A DNA stretch of 64,000 nucleotides, from contig CM000207.1 of NCBI GenBank assembly GCA_000002445.1, positions 1,504,001 to 1,568,000 on the forward strand. Reading direction: 5' to 3'. Positions 42,607 through 53,395 of this stretch are shown piece after piece. The notes below the pieces were generated by a model, which had not been told where the DNA came from, ran no database searches, and was given only the letters and a program-made list of their open reading frames with translations. This DNA is from Trypanosoma brucei (lineage: Eukaryota). The translations under genes were made by a program, and so were the position numbers. Position 1 is the stretch's first letter, and each line of letters starts with the position of its first letter.

Positions 42607-43415
42607 TTCTCCTCGCTCTTAGTTTATCCGTTACGGCAGCCTAAGCTACCCCGTTTTCAAATGCTTTAAAAGGAACCAAAATACCGAAAAATAAACAAGA
42701 AACAACACTGATAGGACGCAATATTACACCTAGGTTGTACCACCACGCACCGTGACCTTGTTGTCGTTCGTTTGCTTTAGCTTCTTAACTTCCTTTTGTT
42801 ATTTATTATCTTACTCCTTGGAGGGCGCCTCTCCTTCCTCCCTTTTCTGCTCGTCTCTTTCTATCCCTGATTTTAAATAACAAAACGATCGATACTGTCG
42901 CTTCACCGAGTCTAAACCCTATTGCAAAGGAATGAAATGAGTTCAAAGAGATCATGAAAGAAAAATAGAGTTCCAAGAAGCGTCTAAAAGTGCAGATAAC
43001 GATGTTGAGCAGAAATGACGATATATGGGGTTGGATTCTCGTTCACATTTTTGTGTTTTCTGCACTGCAGATGTCCCGGCAAACCATTGTTTGACCTAAC
43101 GGGAAACGTTCTTTTTATTTGTTTACGCGTGGTGTTCAACACGACGCTCCAGCAACAGCAACGGACCACACACATACACACACACACAAATATATTTTCC
43201 ACAACTTTTGTCTACGATGTGTGTGTGTGCTCCCATCTTTCGGTATGAACATGGAGTTCAGCGGCGTAGTGCGCCTACACACACACGTTCTGGAAAAATA
43301 GGACCAAGTGAAACTAGACGTACAAACTTTTACAGAGATGTAACTACCACCCGCTCCTGTTGGAGTCACGTGAAGGAGCTCTGGTGGCACCAGAACGCTG
43401 TGGCCGAACACAGCA

Positions 43416-45881
43416 CTAATGGGGTGGCTCCGCGTTGAGGGCGCCACAAACAAGCGCTGCGCCGTGGCATCTACAATAGGCAGAACGTTCATTAGTTGTG
43501 TTAATGACTGATTGTGCCACCTTGCTGTGACGAAATGCGACGTGGAGCCGCATGGGGTTATCGGGATGAAAGTAAGTGAATACTACACTGAATGGCGTCC
43601 TAGAAAGGGCCGCCTGTACATAAACAGTCGGCATGGGGAACAGCACGGGCTCATTGACAATGTCTGCAGCGGAAGTTGACTCCATATCTCTGGGTTCCAC
43701 GAAAATGATCTCTGTCTCTAAGAGAAGCATGTTCATTGGCTTTCCAATTGGTACTACTTTTGAAGCTTTCCCAGGAGGTACAGCTACTTTTACAAGCTCG
43801 CAGCGAAACCGCGTTGTGGTACTTGATAGCCTGCCCACGGAGGCACCGACGCGGTGCTGAACTCCGTACTTCCTTAATCGAAGTATGAAACTGTCTTCTT
43901 GTTGCATCGTGTCATACAACATCCGGCGCACGCTTGCCCACATCATAAACTCTCTATCCTTCTGTTCTGTTGGACTGTGTGCAGCCCGGTGGTGGTACGA
44001 GACGAGGTCCCCAATCACCCCCTGCACATCAGCTAGCCGCTGCGGATGAGAAGTAAGTTGCCGCTGACAGCACAACCGCTCCGTTGAGGAGTAGCCACCA
44101 TACGGCAAAAGCGGAAGGAGCAGCGCCACCTCTCGGCCGAGTTTATCAAAGGAGTACTCCACGCGGGGCTCTGCCCCATTACATACGCGCTCCATCTCAA
44201 GAAAAAGGGTTTCGCAGGCCGACCGAAAGCAGTCTTTATTAGCCATTAATAAGCCCCGGTTCCCGCTGTTTTCATCGCTTCTACAATCCTTGCGACGAAT
44301 TAAGGTGTCGTAGTACGCCAGTAGCCGGCGCCTTAAAACTCCCTCGCAAAGGGACGCCAAAGCGACAGAAACTGTGCGCCGCTCTCGGGATTCTGGCACA
44401 AAAGTTTTTAGAAGGTTTAACGATAATTCGAACGCGGACAGTCGTGTCAACAGACTACACGTAATAAACCTGTAAAGTGCACCCACCAAACAAATACACC
44501 ACGGTTCCCGATGCGCGGTGCTTCCCATGCTGCTCTTCACATCCCTCAGGAACGTTTCATAGGACGGCAAAGCATCCACCGCCGTGCCCATACAACACTC
44601 TGCCGGGTCTTTGTCTCCGTCAAGCTGCTTCTTGGAGGGGGAAACCTCCACTTCGTTGTCGTCTCGGTTGCTGATTCGATCAGCAGTGCCGATTTCATTG
44701 CACAATCTCTCATCACTCATGTTTCCCCGCTCGTTGAATGCCCCAACATTCACGATCGCTCCAAGCAGGACAACACCAGCAGAGAGACAATGCATACACC
44801 CCTTACTAAGGATGCGCCCAAGTAAACACTCAGCGGGGTCTGAACCCTTAGGACCGAGCAGTCCGTCGAACAGCACTTGGTGGATCCTGTTTTCTTTCCC
44901 CAGGAGAAGCCACCGAGTAATCACACAGAGTGCAAGAGCGGGTTGCATAACAGGAGCGAATGCTGACCTCGTTACGGTTGAAGACTTCATTGGTGCCTCA
45001 ATCAAGGCCAGAAGAGGGTCAATGATTCCCGTCACCAGCGCAGGTCTGAGTTCCCTCTCCACAACCGTGGAAGACACCGCGAAGAGGTCGTTCACATAAA
45101 GTAAGTCATCCAACACATCCTCCGTCAGGCTTCTTATAGCGTCTACAGTGGGAAGTGGTGTTGCATCATCAGCATCACCAACGGCGTCGTGGTAGCGGTT
45201 CACTGCCTCCGAAAGTATCCCAATCTCAAGCCAAACATGTTTCGATATGATTCGAAGAATGTCTGGAAGGGCCTTCTCCATAAAAGACGTCAGAAACGTA
45301 CTCTGAAGCCGCGCAACGCTAATTACCACTTGCCTGGCGGCTCCACGGGCCATACGGTCGGACGTGTTGATCAGCTTGGCCGCGTAGTCAAACAAGGGGA
45401 ACACACCCAGCTGTCGGATGAAAAAGAATTGAACCGTGGTTTCATCACATCGCAGCGCAAGCGACTTCAAGAAAGATACATATACCGATAAAAGTTCATC
45501 GTCATTTTCATTCAGGTCAATGGATATCATCTTGTTAAGGTGATTTTTACTGCAGATATAATAAACGTTCTCCTTCATTGTAAGGTTGTGCAGCATCAAG
45601 GTAACAAAACGAAGCACCTCCGCTTTCACATTGGACGGTGACTCCACGTTTGTTACTATACTTTCCAGCGTGGTTATCATGTCTAGCTCAAGAAAAACAT
45701 CAAATGACGCATTGTTTTTTTTGTCGCCCCAGATTATCGCCTGTGCAAGCTCGCGCAAGATTTCAGAAATATTGTTGGTGGTGAAGGCTTGTGACTCATC
45801 TGTGGTTTTCAATGCCATACAGAGACGGCTGACATTTTCCTGAGAAAACTTTTCGTAGCTTTGGTTCTTAGCTTTCTGCAT
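43416..45881 (-). CDS. CLEC16A-like protein (FPL-domain family)
   Basis: The 821-aa ORF starts with ATG. Its N-terminus is collinear with human CLEC16A: ILRELAQAIIWGDKKNNASFDVFLE (cf. ITEILIWGDQNDSSVFDFFLE) and LLSVYVSFLKSLALRCDETTVQFFF (cf. IMAYYISFLKTLSLKLNNHTVHFFY). Confidence 0.7.
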   Translation of the reverse strand: MQKAKNQSYEKFSQENVSRLCMALKTTDESQAFTTNNISEILRELAQAIIWGDKKNNASFDVFLELDMITTLESIVTNVESPSNVKAEVLRFVTLMLHNLTMKENVYYICSKNHLNKMISIDLNENDDELLSVYVSFLKSLALRCDETTVQFFFIRQLGVFPLFDYAAKLINTSDRMARGAARQVVISVARLQSTFLTSFMEKALPDILRIISKHVWLEIGILSEAVNRYHDAVGDADDATPLPTVDAIRSLTEDVLDDLLYVNDLFAVSSTVVERELRPALVTGIIDPLLALIEAPMKSSTVTRSAFAPVMQPALALCVITRWLLLGKENRIHQVLFDGLLGPKGSDPAECLLGRILSKGCMHCLSAGVVLLGAIVNVGAFNERGNMSDERLCNEIGTADRISNRDDNEVEVSPSKKQLDGDKDPAECCMGTAVDALPSYETFLRDVKSSMGSTAHREPWCICLVGALYRFITCSLLTRLSAFELSLNLLKTFVPESRERRTVSVALASLCEGVLRRRLLAYYDTLIRRKDCRSDENSGNRGLLMANKDCFRSACETLFLEMERVCNGAEPRVEYSFDKLGREVALLLPLLPYGGYSSTERLCCQRQLTSHPQRLADVQGVIGDLVSYHHRAAHSPTEQKDREFMMWASVRRMLYDTMQQEDSFILRLRKYGVQHRVGASVGRLSSTTTRFRCELVKVAVPPGKASKVVPIGKPMNMLLLETEIIFVEPRDMESTSAADIVNEPVLFPMPTVYVQAALSRTPFSVVFTYFHPDNPMRLHVAFRHSKVAQSVINTTNERSAYCRCHGAALVCGALNAEPPH

Positions 45882-46283
45882 GTATGGTTCTTGATCGAAG
45901 AAGGAATAATGGAGTTATCCACGTAACTCCGCGGAAAGCTAAGAAGTAGGTGTAGCGGCAGGCCATCCTTCACACCACGGGGGTTATTAAAGAGATGTGA
46001 AAACAATAGGCAAATAGCGTATTGTGATCAATAATTTCCATGATGTTCGATAGTCCCGCAGATGAAGGTGAATCAAACTTCCGACAAAAAGAATTTATAC
46101 TTTTAGAATTGCTCACCGATAATGTGCAATAACACAAACTGGGCGAGACAGATGACAGCAAAGTTAGCACGCACAAACGGAAGCTGGATGCGTTTAGTGC
46201 TTAATGCTATGACCATTCCACCTGGAGCTCGCTAACGGTTCAATTATTTCAGGTCTTCTCTCCACATGTTGTTTTCAAAAATT

Positions 46284-48092
46284 TCAGCACATACTTGGGG
46301 TACTATCCGTGGTTGTGGCCCTACCTTCATTTCCGTCCAAAAGACGCAACAATAACAGGGCCCTCGCAACGTGCTCCCGTCGCGATCGGCGAGACACAAG
46401 GACGTGGTGCACCCCCGCCATAACAACTTCGGCGACACCCGTATTGAAGAAGTCAACAAACCCAACAAAGAACATTGATTCCGGGGCTCTCAGGCATTTG
46501 CCAATACCAAAAGTATCGTCTTGCTCATTCCACACGACAGACGCGATCAACTGGCCCATTGTACTGACCACAAATTCCACGCGTCCCGGTGACTCAGGCA
46601 CAACGGCTATGCTAAGCAAACCGCTACTAAGCACATGACCCGGGCCGTACATTGCCTTAACTGTGCTGTCCCCACCGGTATCACCACGATCATTAGTTGG
46701 CGGGGTGCAAGTACCATCAACATCCTCCCCAGCCAAGGCATACCGCTGCCTGTGCCGACAAAACACTATTCGACCCGGTGGGAGATCCGAGGAGGATTTG
46801 GAGCAATCGGAAAATTGACTTGCACTGCACTCACCCGAACCAAAAGTGATATCGTTTCCGCTGGCATCTGGTTTGCTTGCGGTATTCAAAATCCCCCATG
46901 ATAGTGTGATGAACTGCTGCACATCAGGAACCATCTGAACGGTGGATGCATCACCGTTTACGTGGCGTATGACCATGATGTAACCCAAACTATCCAGAAC
47001 AACAAGACTCATTGGTACGAACTTACCGCTTTCATTTCGCGAGGTATATACCGGGCTGTTGTCCGACAACACCTTCAGCCGCCGTTGCAACTGTTCCACT
47101 GCATCGCTACCACATGGCACCACCTGGGCTTGCGCATCGGAGCTTTCCACGAAGGCGACGTCGGCTATTGGACCTCTACTACGACGAACGACGCTACTTC
47201 TGCCGTTGTACATTATAATCACACGACCTCTGGTTGTACCCATTGCTGCAACCGCGCAAGGTGCTTCCCCCTGTTGTTTCTGCACTGTTAGAGCAGATAC
47301 GATACCACCGCACGACGGACTAACTAACCACGGAGCAGTACACGGTGGTGCATCGATAAGCCACATTGCCTCTAAGCTGCGTTCCTCCGTCTGTCCGGGA
47401 CGGAAGTGGACAAATGAGAAACACCCGTTAATGACATTGTGTGGGTCCCCCGGCGTAAGTACGCGTTGATTGCGCCTTTTGTTGGGCCCGGTACTCGCCT
47501 CTTTCCGCTGTTCATCATGGTAGCAGCTGCAAAGCACAACGTATTCTCCGTCTTTCGCTGATACACTGAACAGTGGATTGTAGAAGAGCCGGACGAGGCG
47601 CTGTCGGTTTCTTTCCTTAAAAAAAGTGGTCTCATTCGCCACGACGATGGGATTGTCTGGTGCAGAGAGGGTATCCAGCAGCGAGAAAAATAACGTCGTG
47701 ACGTGGGGTTGCTGCTGATGCTCGTGGCTGCTTTCCCATGCAACAACAACATACGTTGTATCAGGGACAGTGTGCTCATGCTGCTGCGTAGAATCTGGTG
47801 TGCCGGGTGGACCATCTTCCCCAGCCCCTGGAAGAAACGCAACGATGGAAGTAATTCGCACGTGACCTTGTTCGACATTAGGTGACCACAATTTTACAGA
47901 GATGATGGTCCCATCGCGTTTTACGATGTCGGGCCCCAGCAGATGCACTTCGGTGTGTGATGCGATAACGCAACAACTGAAACCACTGAGACTGCTCGTG
48001 TCATATGGCACAATCGCAGCGCACCCAACGCATGTGGTGCCGGGAATGTCCATGACTTCACCGCACGTTAGCGGCAGCGATGGCGCATCCAT
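46284..48092 (-). CDS. hypothetical protein (Cys-rich N-terminus; no recognised domain)
   Basis: The ORF track starts at a GTG (48107); the first ATG (MDAPSLPL) gives 602 aa. It is co-directional with its neighbours. Confidence 0.45.
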   Translation of the reverse strand: MDAPSLPLTCGEVMDIPGTTCVGCAAIVPYDTSSLSGFSCCVIASHTEVHLLGPDIVKRDGTIISVKLWSPNVEQGHVRITSIVAFLPGAGEDGPPGTPDSTQQHEHTVPDTTYVVVAWESSHEHQQQPHVTTLFFSLLDTLSAPDNPIVVANETTFFKERNRQRLVRLFYNPLFSVSAKDGEYVVLCSCYHDEQRKEASTGPNKRRNQRVLTPGDPHNVINGCFSFVHFRPGQTEERSLEAMWLIDAPPCTAPWLVSPSCGGIVSALTVQKQQGEAPCAVAAMGTTRGRVIIMYNGRSSVVRRSRGPIADVAFVESSDAQAQVVPCGSDAVEQLQRRLKVLSDNSPVYTSRNESGKFVPMSLVVLDSLGYIMVIRHVNGDASTVQMVPDVQQFITLSWGILNTASKPDASGNDITFGSGECSASQFSDCSKSSSDLPPGRIVFCRHRQRYALAGEDVDGTCTPPTNDRGDTGGDSTVKAMYGPGHVLSSGLLSIAVVPESPGRVEFVVSTMGQLIASVVWNEQDDTFGIGKCLRAPESMFFVGFVDFFNTGVAEVVMAGVHHVLVSRRSRREHVARALLLLRLLDGNEGRATTTDSTPSMC

Positions 48093-48460
48093 GCAGTTGT
48101 GAGGCACCGCAGCCCGCTAATTGGTCTTGAAGGTTTTATACGTATTTCCCCCCTTACTGTCAGCGTTAGTACAGTTTCCAAAAAAGGGAACTCAGTCGAT
48201 GCAAAGGGAAAGTAATAAGCGAAATAGACCACAAAATAAACACTTCCATCCCGGGAAAAATTAGTATTGACGTCGGCTCAACGAGCAACAACGATATTAG
48301 AGGAGTTTATAAACAGCAGACTTTGGTACAAAGGCGCTACACAATGACGTCACATGATTCACGCTAAAGCCATGCGACTTTTGCTCATGCCTACGGTTAC
48401 TAACATCACTTTCCCCATCCATTCATCCATCCATAATATAGCACCTCGATTCACATACGC

Positions 48461-49138
48461 TCACCAGATATGGGTCTTTCCACACCGTAACTTTACTAAT
48501 TCATAACCCTTTTCATCCAGACTTTCCCTGATGTGTGCGAGAGCGGCGCGTTCTCTCCTTTCCTGTAGGAGAAAAGCCAGTTTATCTCCAGCCTCTTGGA
48601 TATGAGCCAGACATGTGTTCCACCACAGTTTCATCCGAAAACCAGCTTCAGCGTGAAGCATGACGGTTTCATCAAGAATCCGCGCTCGCTTGCGGTCCAA
48701 TTCCAGTTCATGCTGCTGCATCTTCTTTTGTAACTCTGCAAACGAACTAGGGGCTGTGAATTCCGGCACGATATTTGGCCGTGGTTGTAATGCCACTCGA
48801 TTTGACTCTATGATCCGCTGCAAATAGAGGTTTTTATTCCCATCCTCCAAGCTTGTGCTAATAGACTTACTTAACAAGTAATAAGCTGTTCCTATTGTCG
48901 TCGCCCCAACAAACATGGAAGCCACAAAAGCCTTGAGGCGCTTTGTGCTCACAAATGGCTTGGGCTCTACATACGGGAGCAGTAATTCTGGGGCCTCAGA
49001 AGCGGTCGGAGTGTAAACCGCTACTCTCTCACCTGTTCTTTCTGTACTTGGTGCATGTGCTCCATCTGATTTTACGGTAGGTGTAGTTGCTTGTTTCTTC
49101 ACGAGTGCTACGAGGACAATTCTTGAGGAATGCAACAT
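48461..49138 (-). CDS. hypothetical single-pass membrane / coiled-coil protein
   Basis: The 225-aa ORF starts with ATG. It has one hydrophobic helix (FVASMFVGATTIGTAYYLL) followed by a charged coiled-coil-like C-terminus. Confidence 0.4.
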   Translation of the reverse strand: MLHSSRIVLVALVKKQATTPTVKSDGAHAPSTERTGERVAVYTPTASEAPELLLPYVEPKPFVSTKRLKAFVASMFVGATTIGTAYYLLSKSISTSLEDGNKNLYLQRIIESNRVALQPRPNIVPEFTAPSSFAELQKKMQQHELELDRKRARILDETVMLHAEAGFRMKLWWNTCLAHIQEAGDKLAFLLQERRERAALAHIRESLDEKGYELVKLRCGKTHIW

Positions 49139-49578
49139 TATAGCCGGTCCCTACGTACGCTTTGTTTTTCTCTTTTAAGTGAGTGCGTGTGCGTACGTGG
49201 AGAAAGCAAGAGCGGTGGGTAACACAAGTAGAGAGATTCCAAACGATAGTCACGATGTAAGAAAAACATTAATAAAAATAACGCACATCACAGAAGCAAT
49301 GAATATACAGCGAACCCCGCCAGCAACGCGTTTCCCCCCTTTTCGCTTGGGCGTTATGCTCGTGTATGTGACGTCGTGTTTACACACACACACACACAGA
49401 AAGAGTAGGACTTATGTACAGGTTTGTGGCGCATCTTCCGCTCACACGCCACGGTCGACCGGGGGTCACGGTGTTGTGCGTGTGGGCTCCCAGTAGAGAA
49501 AGAGTTTTACGCTTGACGAAACGGTGATGATAGGAGCCGGGTGTCTGCATGCGACGTCTTCCCTCCTCTTCTTTTTGT

Positions 49579-49827
49579 TTAGAATTCCCATGTCTGTCGG
49601 CACATGGGGCATTCCGTGTTATCTTGCTCACGCTCAGCCCACCTTTCAATGCAATGGATGTGGAAGGTATGAGTACATTTCCCCGTAACAATGGGGCAAT
49701 CCTCCCCAGGGAAGCGGCACTGTGGGCAGCACGCCTCGAACTGCTGGCGACAAATGCCGCATGTGTCGTCCCGACAATCCCACACCCAACGGGCTACGAA
49801 GTGGGCACTCTTCACTTTTATATCCAT
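49579..49827 (-). CDS. APC11: anaphase-promoting complex subunit APC11 (RING-H2 finger)
   Basis: The 82-aa ORF starts with ATG. It is collinear with APC11: CGICRQQFEACCPQCRFPGEDCPIVTGKCTHTFHIHCIERW...CPMCRQTWEF (cf. [41 protein letters not shown]...CPMCRQEWKF). Confidence 0.8.
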   Translation of the reverse strand: MDIKVKSAHFVARWVWDCRDDTCGICRQQFEACCPQCRFPGEDCPIVTGKCTHTFHIHCIERWAEREQDNTECPMCRQTWEF

Positions 49828-49881
49828 CGCCGAAGCTAAACCTCCCTTTGCTCTTCCTTCGCTGCACAGATATATACGTTA

Positions 49882-49908
49882 ATATATATATATATATATA
49901 TATATATA
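49882..49908. repeat. (AT)13-14 dinucleotide microsatellite
   Basis: Read directly from the sequence; it lies in the spacer upstream of APC11. Confidence 0.9.
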
Positions 49909-50593
49909 CGTTTACGTGCACACGGGATTTGTTCTGTCAACCTCAAGTTACTGAGATTAGTTAAAGTGTCGAAACAAAGCACAACGCAACCATAGTTGTT
50001 GGTAAATAAGTTAAATAAGCGACGCAGTTGTGAGCGGGAAACAAGAGGAAAGCGAGTTCACGTAAATACCTGAGGTTGCTGCCTTTGGAGGTTTTTTTTT
50101 CGCAGCGGCGCCCCCCCCCCCTTTCTCCCATATATGAGAAGACGGAAAAACGGCCCAGAACAGAACGTCTGCGCGCAAATGCACGCGTGTAAAGGGTTAA
50201 AGGCAATGATGATAAATATTCACCACAAAGTATTAGGGGGGAACTGGTGCCTTCACCACACACAGGGCAAATAAAAACCTCCGTTTCCCGCCAACTTCCA
50301 TTCTCCGAATGCACATTAAAAAAGTAACAGTGATGATGACGAACGCACATGTGAATTGTACACACACACACACAACTACGTTTGCTGCACGAGCTTTGTG
50401 TGATCAAAGAGTGGATTATATGTACTACATTATGTTAGGGAGTTGAATACCCTAGAAAAGAAAAAGAAAAAGAAAAAGTTCAACCGTCTCCGGATAGCAC
50501 AACTCCTATCTACCGCCATCCAGTTAGTGACTCCGCAGAAAGAAGGTCATCATTTCCCTTCCGCTTTCACCTCAGTTTGGCCCTTCACTGCGG

Positions 50594-52615
50594 TTAGTCA
50601 GCCGCATCATACACCATGTAGTGGATCTGTTCCACTTCTCGGTTGTTATGAGACGTGGTTGAGTTATGAGTTGGAACACTTAGCCGTTCTGTTTTCTCTT
50701 TGAGGCTCTGGTCTCGGTTTGCTGCTATCAACTCACCAATGGTGACGTTGCGTGTCAAGAGAATATCTTTCTGACTCGCACGGGTTTTCAGTTGCATGCG
50801 AAGGTTTTTCTTCATGGTGCATCTCATTGTCGCTTTCTCCCGTGAGGTAATGCCGTCTGGGGCATACACGCTGGGGTAAAATGTTCCTGTTTCAGGAATA
50901 GCTTTAATGCAGCTTTCCACTACCTCTTTACTCGGCATGGGTGGCAGAAATGCTGCGACCAATTCCACGACACAAAGCAGAAAAAGGACAGACGATAGCA
51001 CAAGTTCCACAGGCCATGGACCAGGGCGCACCACCTCAATAATGTAATTGGGACAGAAGCGCTGCGCCATCATGCAGGAAAGAGCGTCACCATCACCAAA
51101 GAAAGAGCAATCAATTTTGTGTCGAGAGTGGGATAGAATAAAAATGGTGTAAGCTGAGAGCACGGCGGCGGCTGCCGCCAACAAAATTTGCACACACATT
51201 ACGACCATGTGAAAAAGTGGGCGCGATTTTACCGCAAGCGACCGTGCAGTGAAGTAACCCACCAGCAATGTTGCTACTGATGCGAGGAGCATGCAGCACG
51301 TCGCTCCCACAACAAAATGCCCCGGAACGGGCGCGTTTCCAAAAAGGAAAGCGGTATGAACTTGGGCCAGCGCCGTGTTGTTATTGTCATCACAGAACGT
51401 CTGTTCACAGTACTCATCCGATATGTTATGATCTGCAGAGCCTGAGCAGGTATTTGATGATGCATCACGGCAACACGACCCCATGGCACTACGAAGGTAA
51501 ACGGTAAGAATCACACCGAACCCCGCCCCCAGGATAGCTACCGGGAAAGCAACTAACAGGCGGATACGGTTGAGACGAAAACGCGGGTTCAACCCACGAA
51601 GAAGAATATCAAAAAATTGGATGTCCAAAGGCCTAATGTTCGGGTACCTCATTCCTTCAAAAGGTGACTTTCCTTCGGGCGTGTCACTCCCCTCGTGACT
51701 CTCAGTCACTTCATCCTTATATCCCTTCCAATCGCTTACTCGTTGCGGTTTGTAAACAGTCCGGCTATTTGCTCGGCTGTCAGCAGGCGAGTCGTAGCCA
51801 AGTGCACCCAATGTCAAACTTGCACCGTGTGTTATCGAAGCATTGCAACCATCGAGTAGTAATGTATCCTCAGGGATAAAAGGTAGTGGACTTGCATTTC
51901 CTTCACCGTTATCCCCCACTTCCTCCTTCTCCTTCTCGAGCTCAGGTGCAAGTCTAAGGGGACACCATGAACCATCGCCGTGGTCAAACTCTAATGCAAG
52001 GAGTGTGCGGCCCCCATCGCCTGGTCTCCTTGTTGCTTCCGCCGCTGACAACTCTGTGCGGGGAGTAAATGAACTTCTTGACCTTACCGCCGAATACACC
52101 GCGACCCTCGTCCTGTCTGGAGATAACACCACAACGTCAACTTGCATCTCATTAAGAAACTTGAAGAAATGTTTTAACTGCAACTTTACTTTTTTGCTCA
52201 TTCGTCTCTCATCTGCACCTGCGAGGAATCGCGCCTTTACGGCATCAATGATATCTCCGCAATGATCCACTGTTCCCCACAAACCGAATGATGTGGCCAC
52301 GATGACGTTATTTGACCGTAATGCGCATCTTTGAAGGTCGCTGCATTTCAGCGCCTCCACCAGCGGCGGGTTCGTTACCCCACTGCCGACACTCATCCCT
52401 CTTTCCCCATCTTTTTCTTCCTTTGTCAACCTTTTCAGTTGATCGAGGAGCTCGCTTGAGATCGGGTGAAGAAACACAAACTCCGAACTGAAGTCCAACT
52501 TCCCCAGACCCACTCTAAAGCCCTTCATGTGTTTCGTTCCATAGGCATCGGTGGGAATGAGTGGGGTAAAGTCCTGCAAGTGGTTGCGGACGGAAGGGAT
52601 GACGTCTCCTTCCAT
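50594..52615 (-). CDS. hypothetical multi-pass membrane protein (soluble N-terminal half, about 4 C-terminal TM helices)
   Basis: The ORF track extends to 52714, but its first 33 aa (MLYIYIYIYISFFF...) are a translation of the (AT)14 microsatellite at 52684..52711. The first in-frame ATG after that (MEGDVIPSV) is at 52615 and gives 673 aa. The C-terminal half has four clear hydrophobic helices. Confidence 0.5.
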   Translation of the reverse strand: MEGDVIPSVRNHLQDFTPLIPTDAYGTKHMKGFRVGLGKLDFSSEFVFLHPISSELLDQLKRLTKEEKDGERGMSVGSGVTNPPLVEALKCSDLQRCALRSNNVIVATSFGLWGTVDHCGDIIDAVKARFLAGADERRMSKKVKLQLKHFFKFLNEMQVDVVVLSPDRTRVAVYSAVRSRSSFTPRTELSAAEATRRPGDGGRTLLALEFDHGDGSWCPLRLAPELEKEKEEVGDNGEGNASPLPFIPEDTLLLDGCNASITHGASLTLGALGYDSPADSRANSRTVYKPQRVSDWKGYKDEVTESHEGSDTPEGKSPFEGMRYPNIRPLDIQFFDILLRGLNPRFRLNRIRLLVAFPVAILGAGFGVILTVYLRSAMGSCCRDASSNTCSGSADHNISDEYCEQTFCDDNNNTALAQVHTAFLFGNAPVPGHFVVGATCCMLLASVATLLVGYFTARSLAVKSRPLFHMVVMCVQILLAAAAAVLSAYTIFILSHSRHKIDCSFFGDGDALSCMMAQRFCPNYIIEVVRPGPWPVELVLSSVLFLLCVVELVAAFLPPMPSKEVVESCIKAIPETGTFYPSVYAPDGITSREKATMRCTMKKNLRMQLKTRASQKDILLTRNVTIGELIAANRDQSLKEKTERLSVPTHNSTTSHNNREVEQIHYMVYDAAD

Positions 52616-52683
52616 GTAACACTGTACGATAGAACAAACAAGGTGCAAAACCAATAGAGAAATAAAGCAGATGAAGAAGAAAG

Positions 52684-52711
52684 ATATATATATATATATA
52701 TATATATATAA
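52684..52711. repeat. (AT)14 dinucleotide microsatellite
   Basis: Read directly from the sequence. It creates the spurious N-terminal ORF extension described for feature 50594..52615. Confidence 0.9.
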
Positions 52712-52918
52712 CATATATAAAGAAATGAAAATGGAAAATACAAGGTAACGAAGGTTTCACAAGGATTGGATTTGCTTTCGGTGCACCGTTTATGCTGTAC
52801 CAACGAAAGGTGAGGAAGAGGAGGAGGAGGGAAGAGGCAAAAAAGTCGGGTGTTGTCACTGGCAACGCAACATTAACGTGATGGCATCAGTCAATACTCA
52901 CTCGCGCGACACCACTTT

Positions 52919-53395
52919 TTACGCATCTTCTTCCTCGTTATCATCCTCCTCAATCGAGCCGGAGACACTCACTGCCTCATCTTCTGATATTTCATCCCCA
53001 ACTGGGTACGTTGTTAGTGCAACGACGTCAGCTACCAGCTGTTTGAAGGAATCGAAGTCTAATGCCCCAGCGATATACCCTGTGCAGAGGTATCGGCAAA
53101 AATCCTGCGGTTGCTGCCACTCCTTCATCACTGCCTCAGCAAGTTGCTCTAATGACACTGCAGAACCTGAAGCTGCCTCTCGCTCACCAAACGTTTCAAG
53201 TATGGTATTTACTAGTGCACCGTACCGTTTGAATAGGGAGAAAAACTCCAGTGCCTCAGAACTGTCGTTGGCTGCCTCCAGCCGCTGGACGATATTATAT
53301 TCTTCAGAAAAGAAGTTTCCAATGGCGTCTGTGTTAGCTCCCTCACCAAAGAAGGCATCAAGGCGCTCCAACAATTCATTTCCCTCTCCCTGCAT
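52919..53395 (-). CDS. small acidic protein, ARL2-binding protein (BART/ARL2BP)-like (tentative)
   Basis: The ORF track starts at a TTG (53431); the first ATG gives 158 aa. It has a helical core with F/Y spacing like BART (FFSEEYNIVQRLE; ALDFDSFKQLVADV, cf. FTDFLAFKEMFLD) and an acidic tail EDEAVSVSGSIEEDDNEEEDA. Confidence 0.4.
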   Translation of the reverse strand: MQGEGNELLERLDAFFGEGANTDAIGNFFSEEYNIVQRLEAANDSSEALEFFSLFKRYGALVNTILETFGEREAASGSAVSLEQLAEAVMKEWQQPQDFCRYLCTGYIAGALDFDSFKQLVADVVALTTYPVGDEISEDEAVSVSGSIEEDDNEEEDA

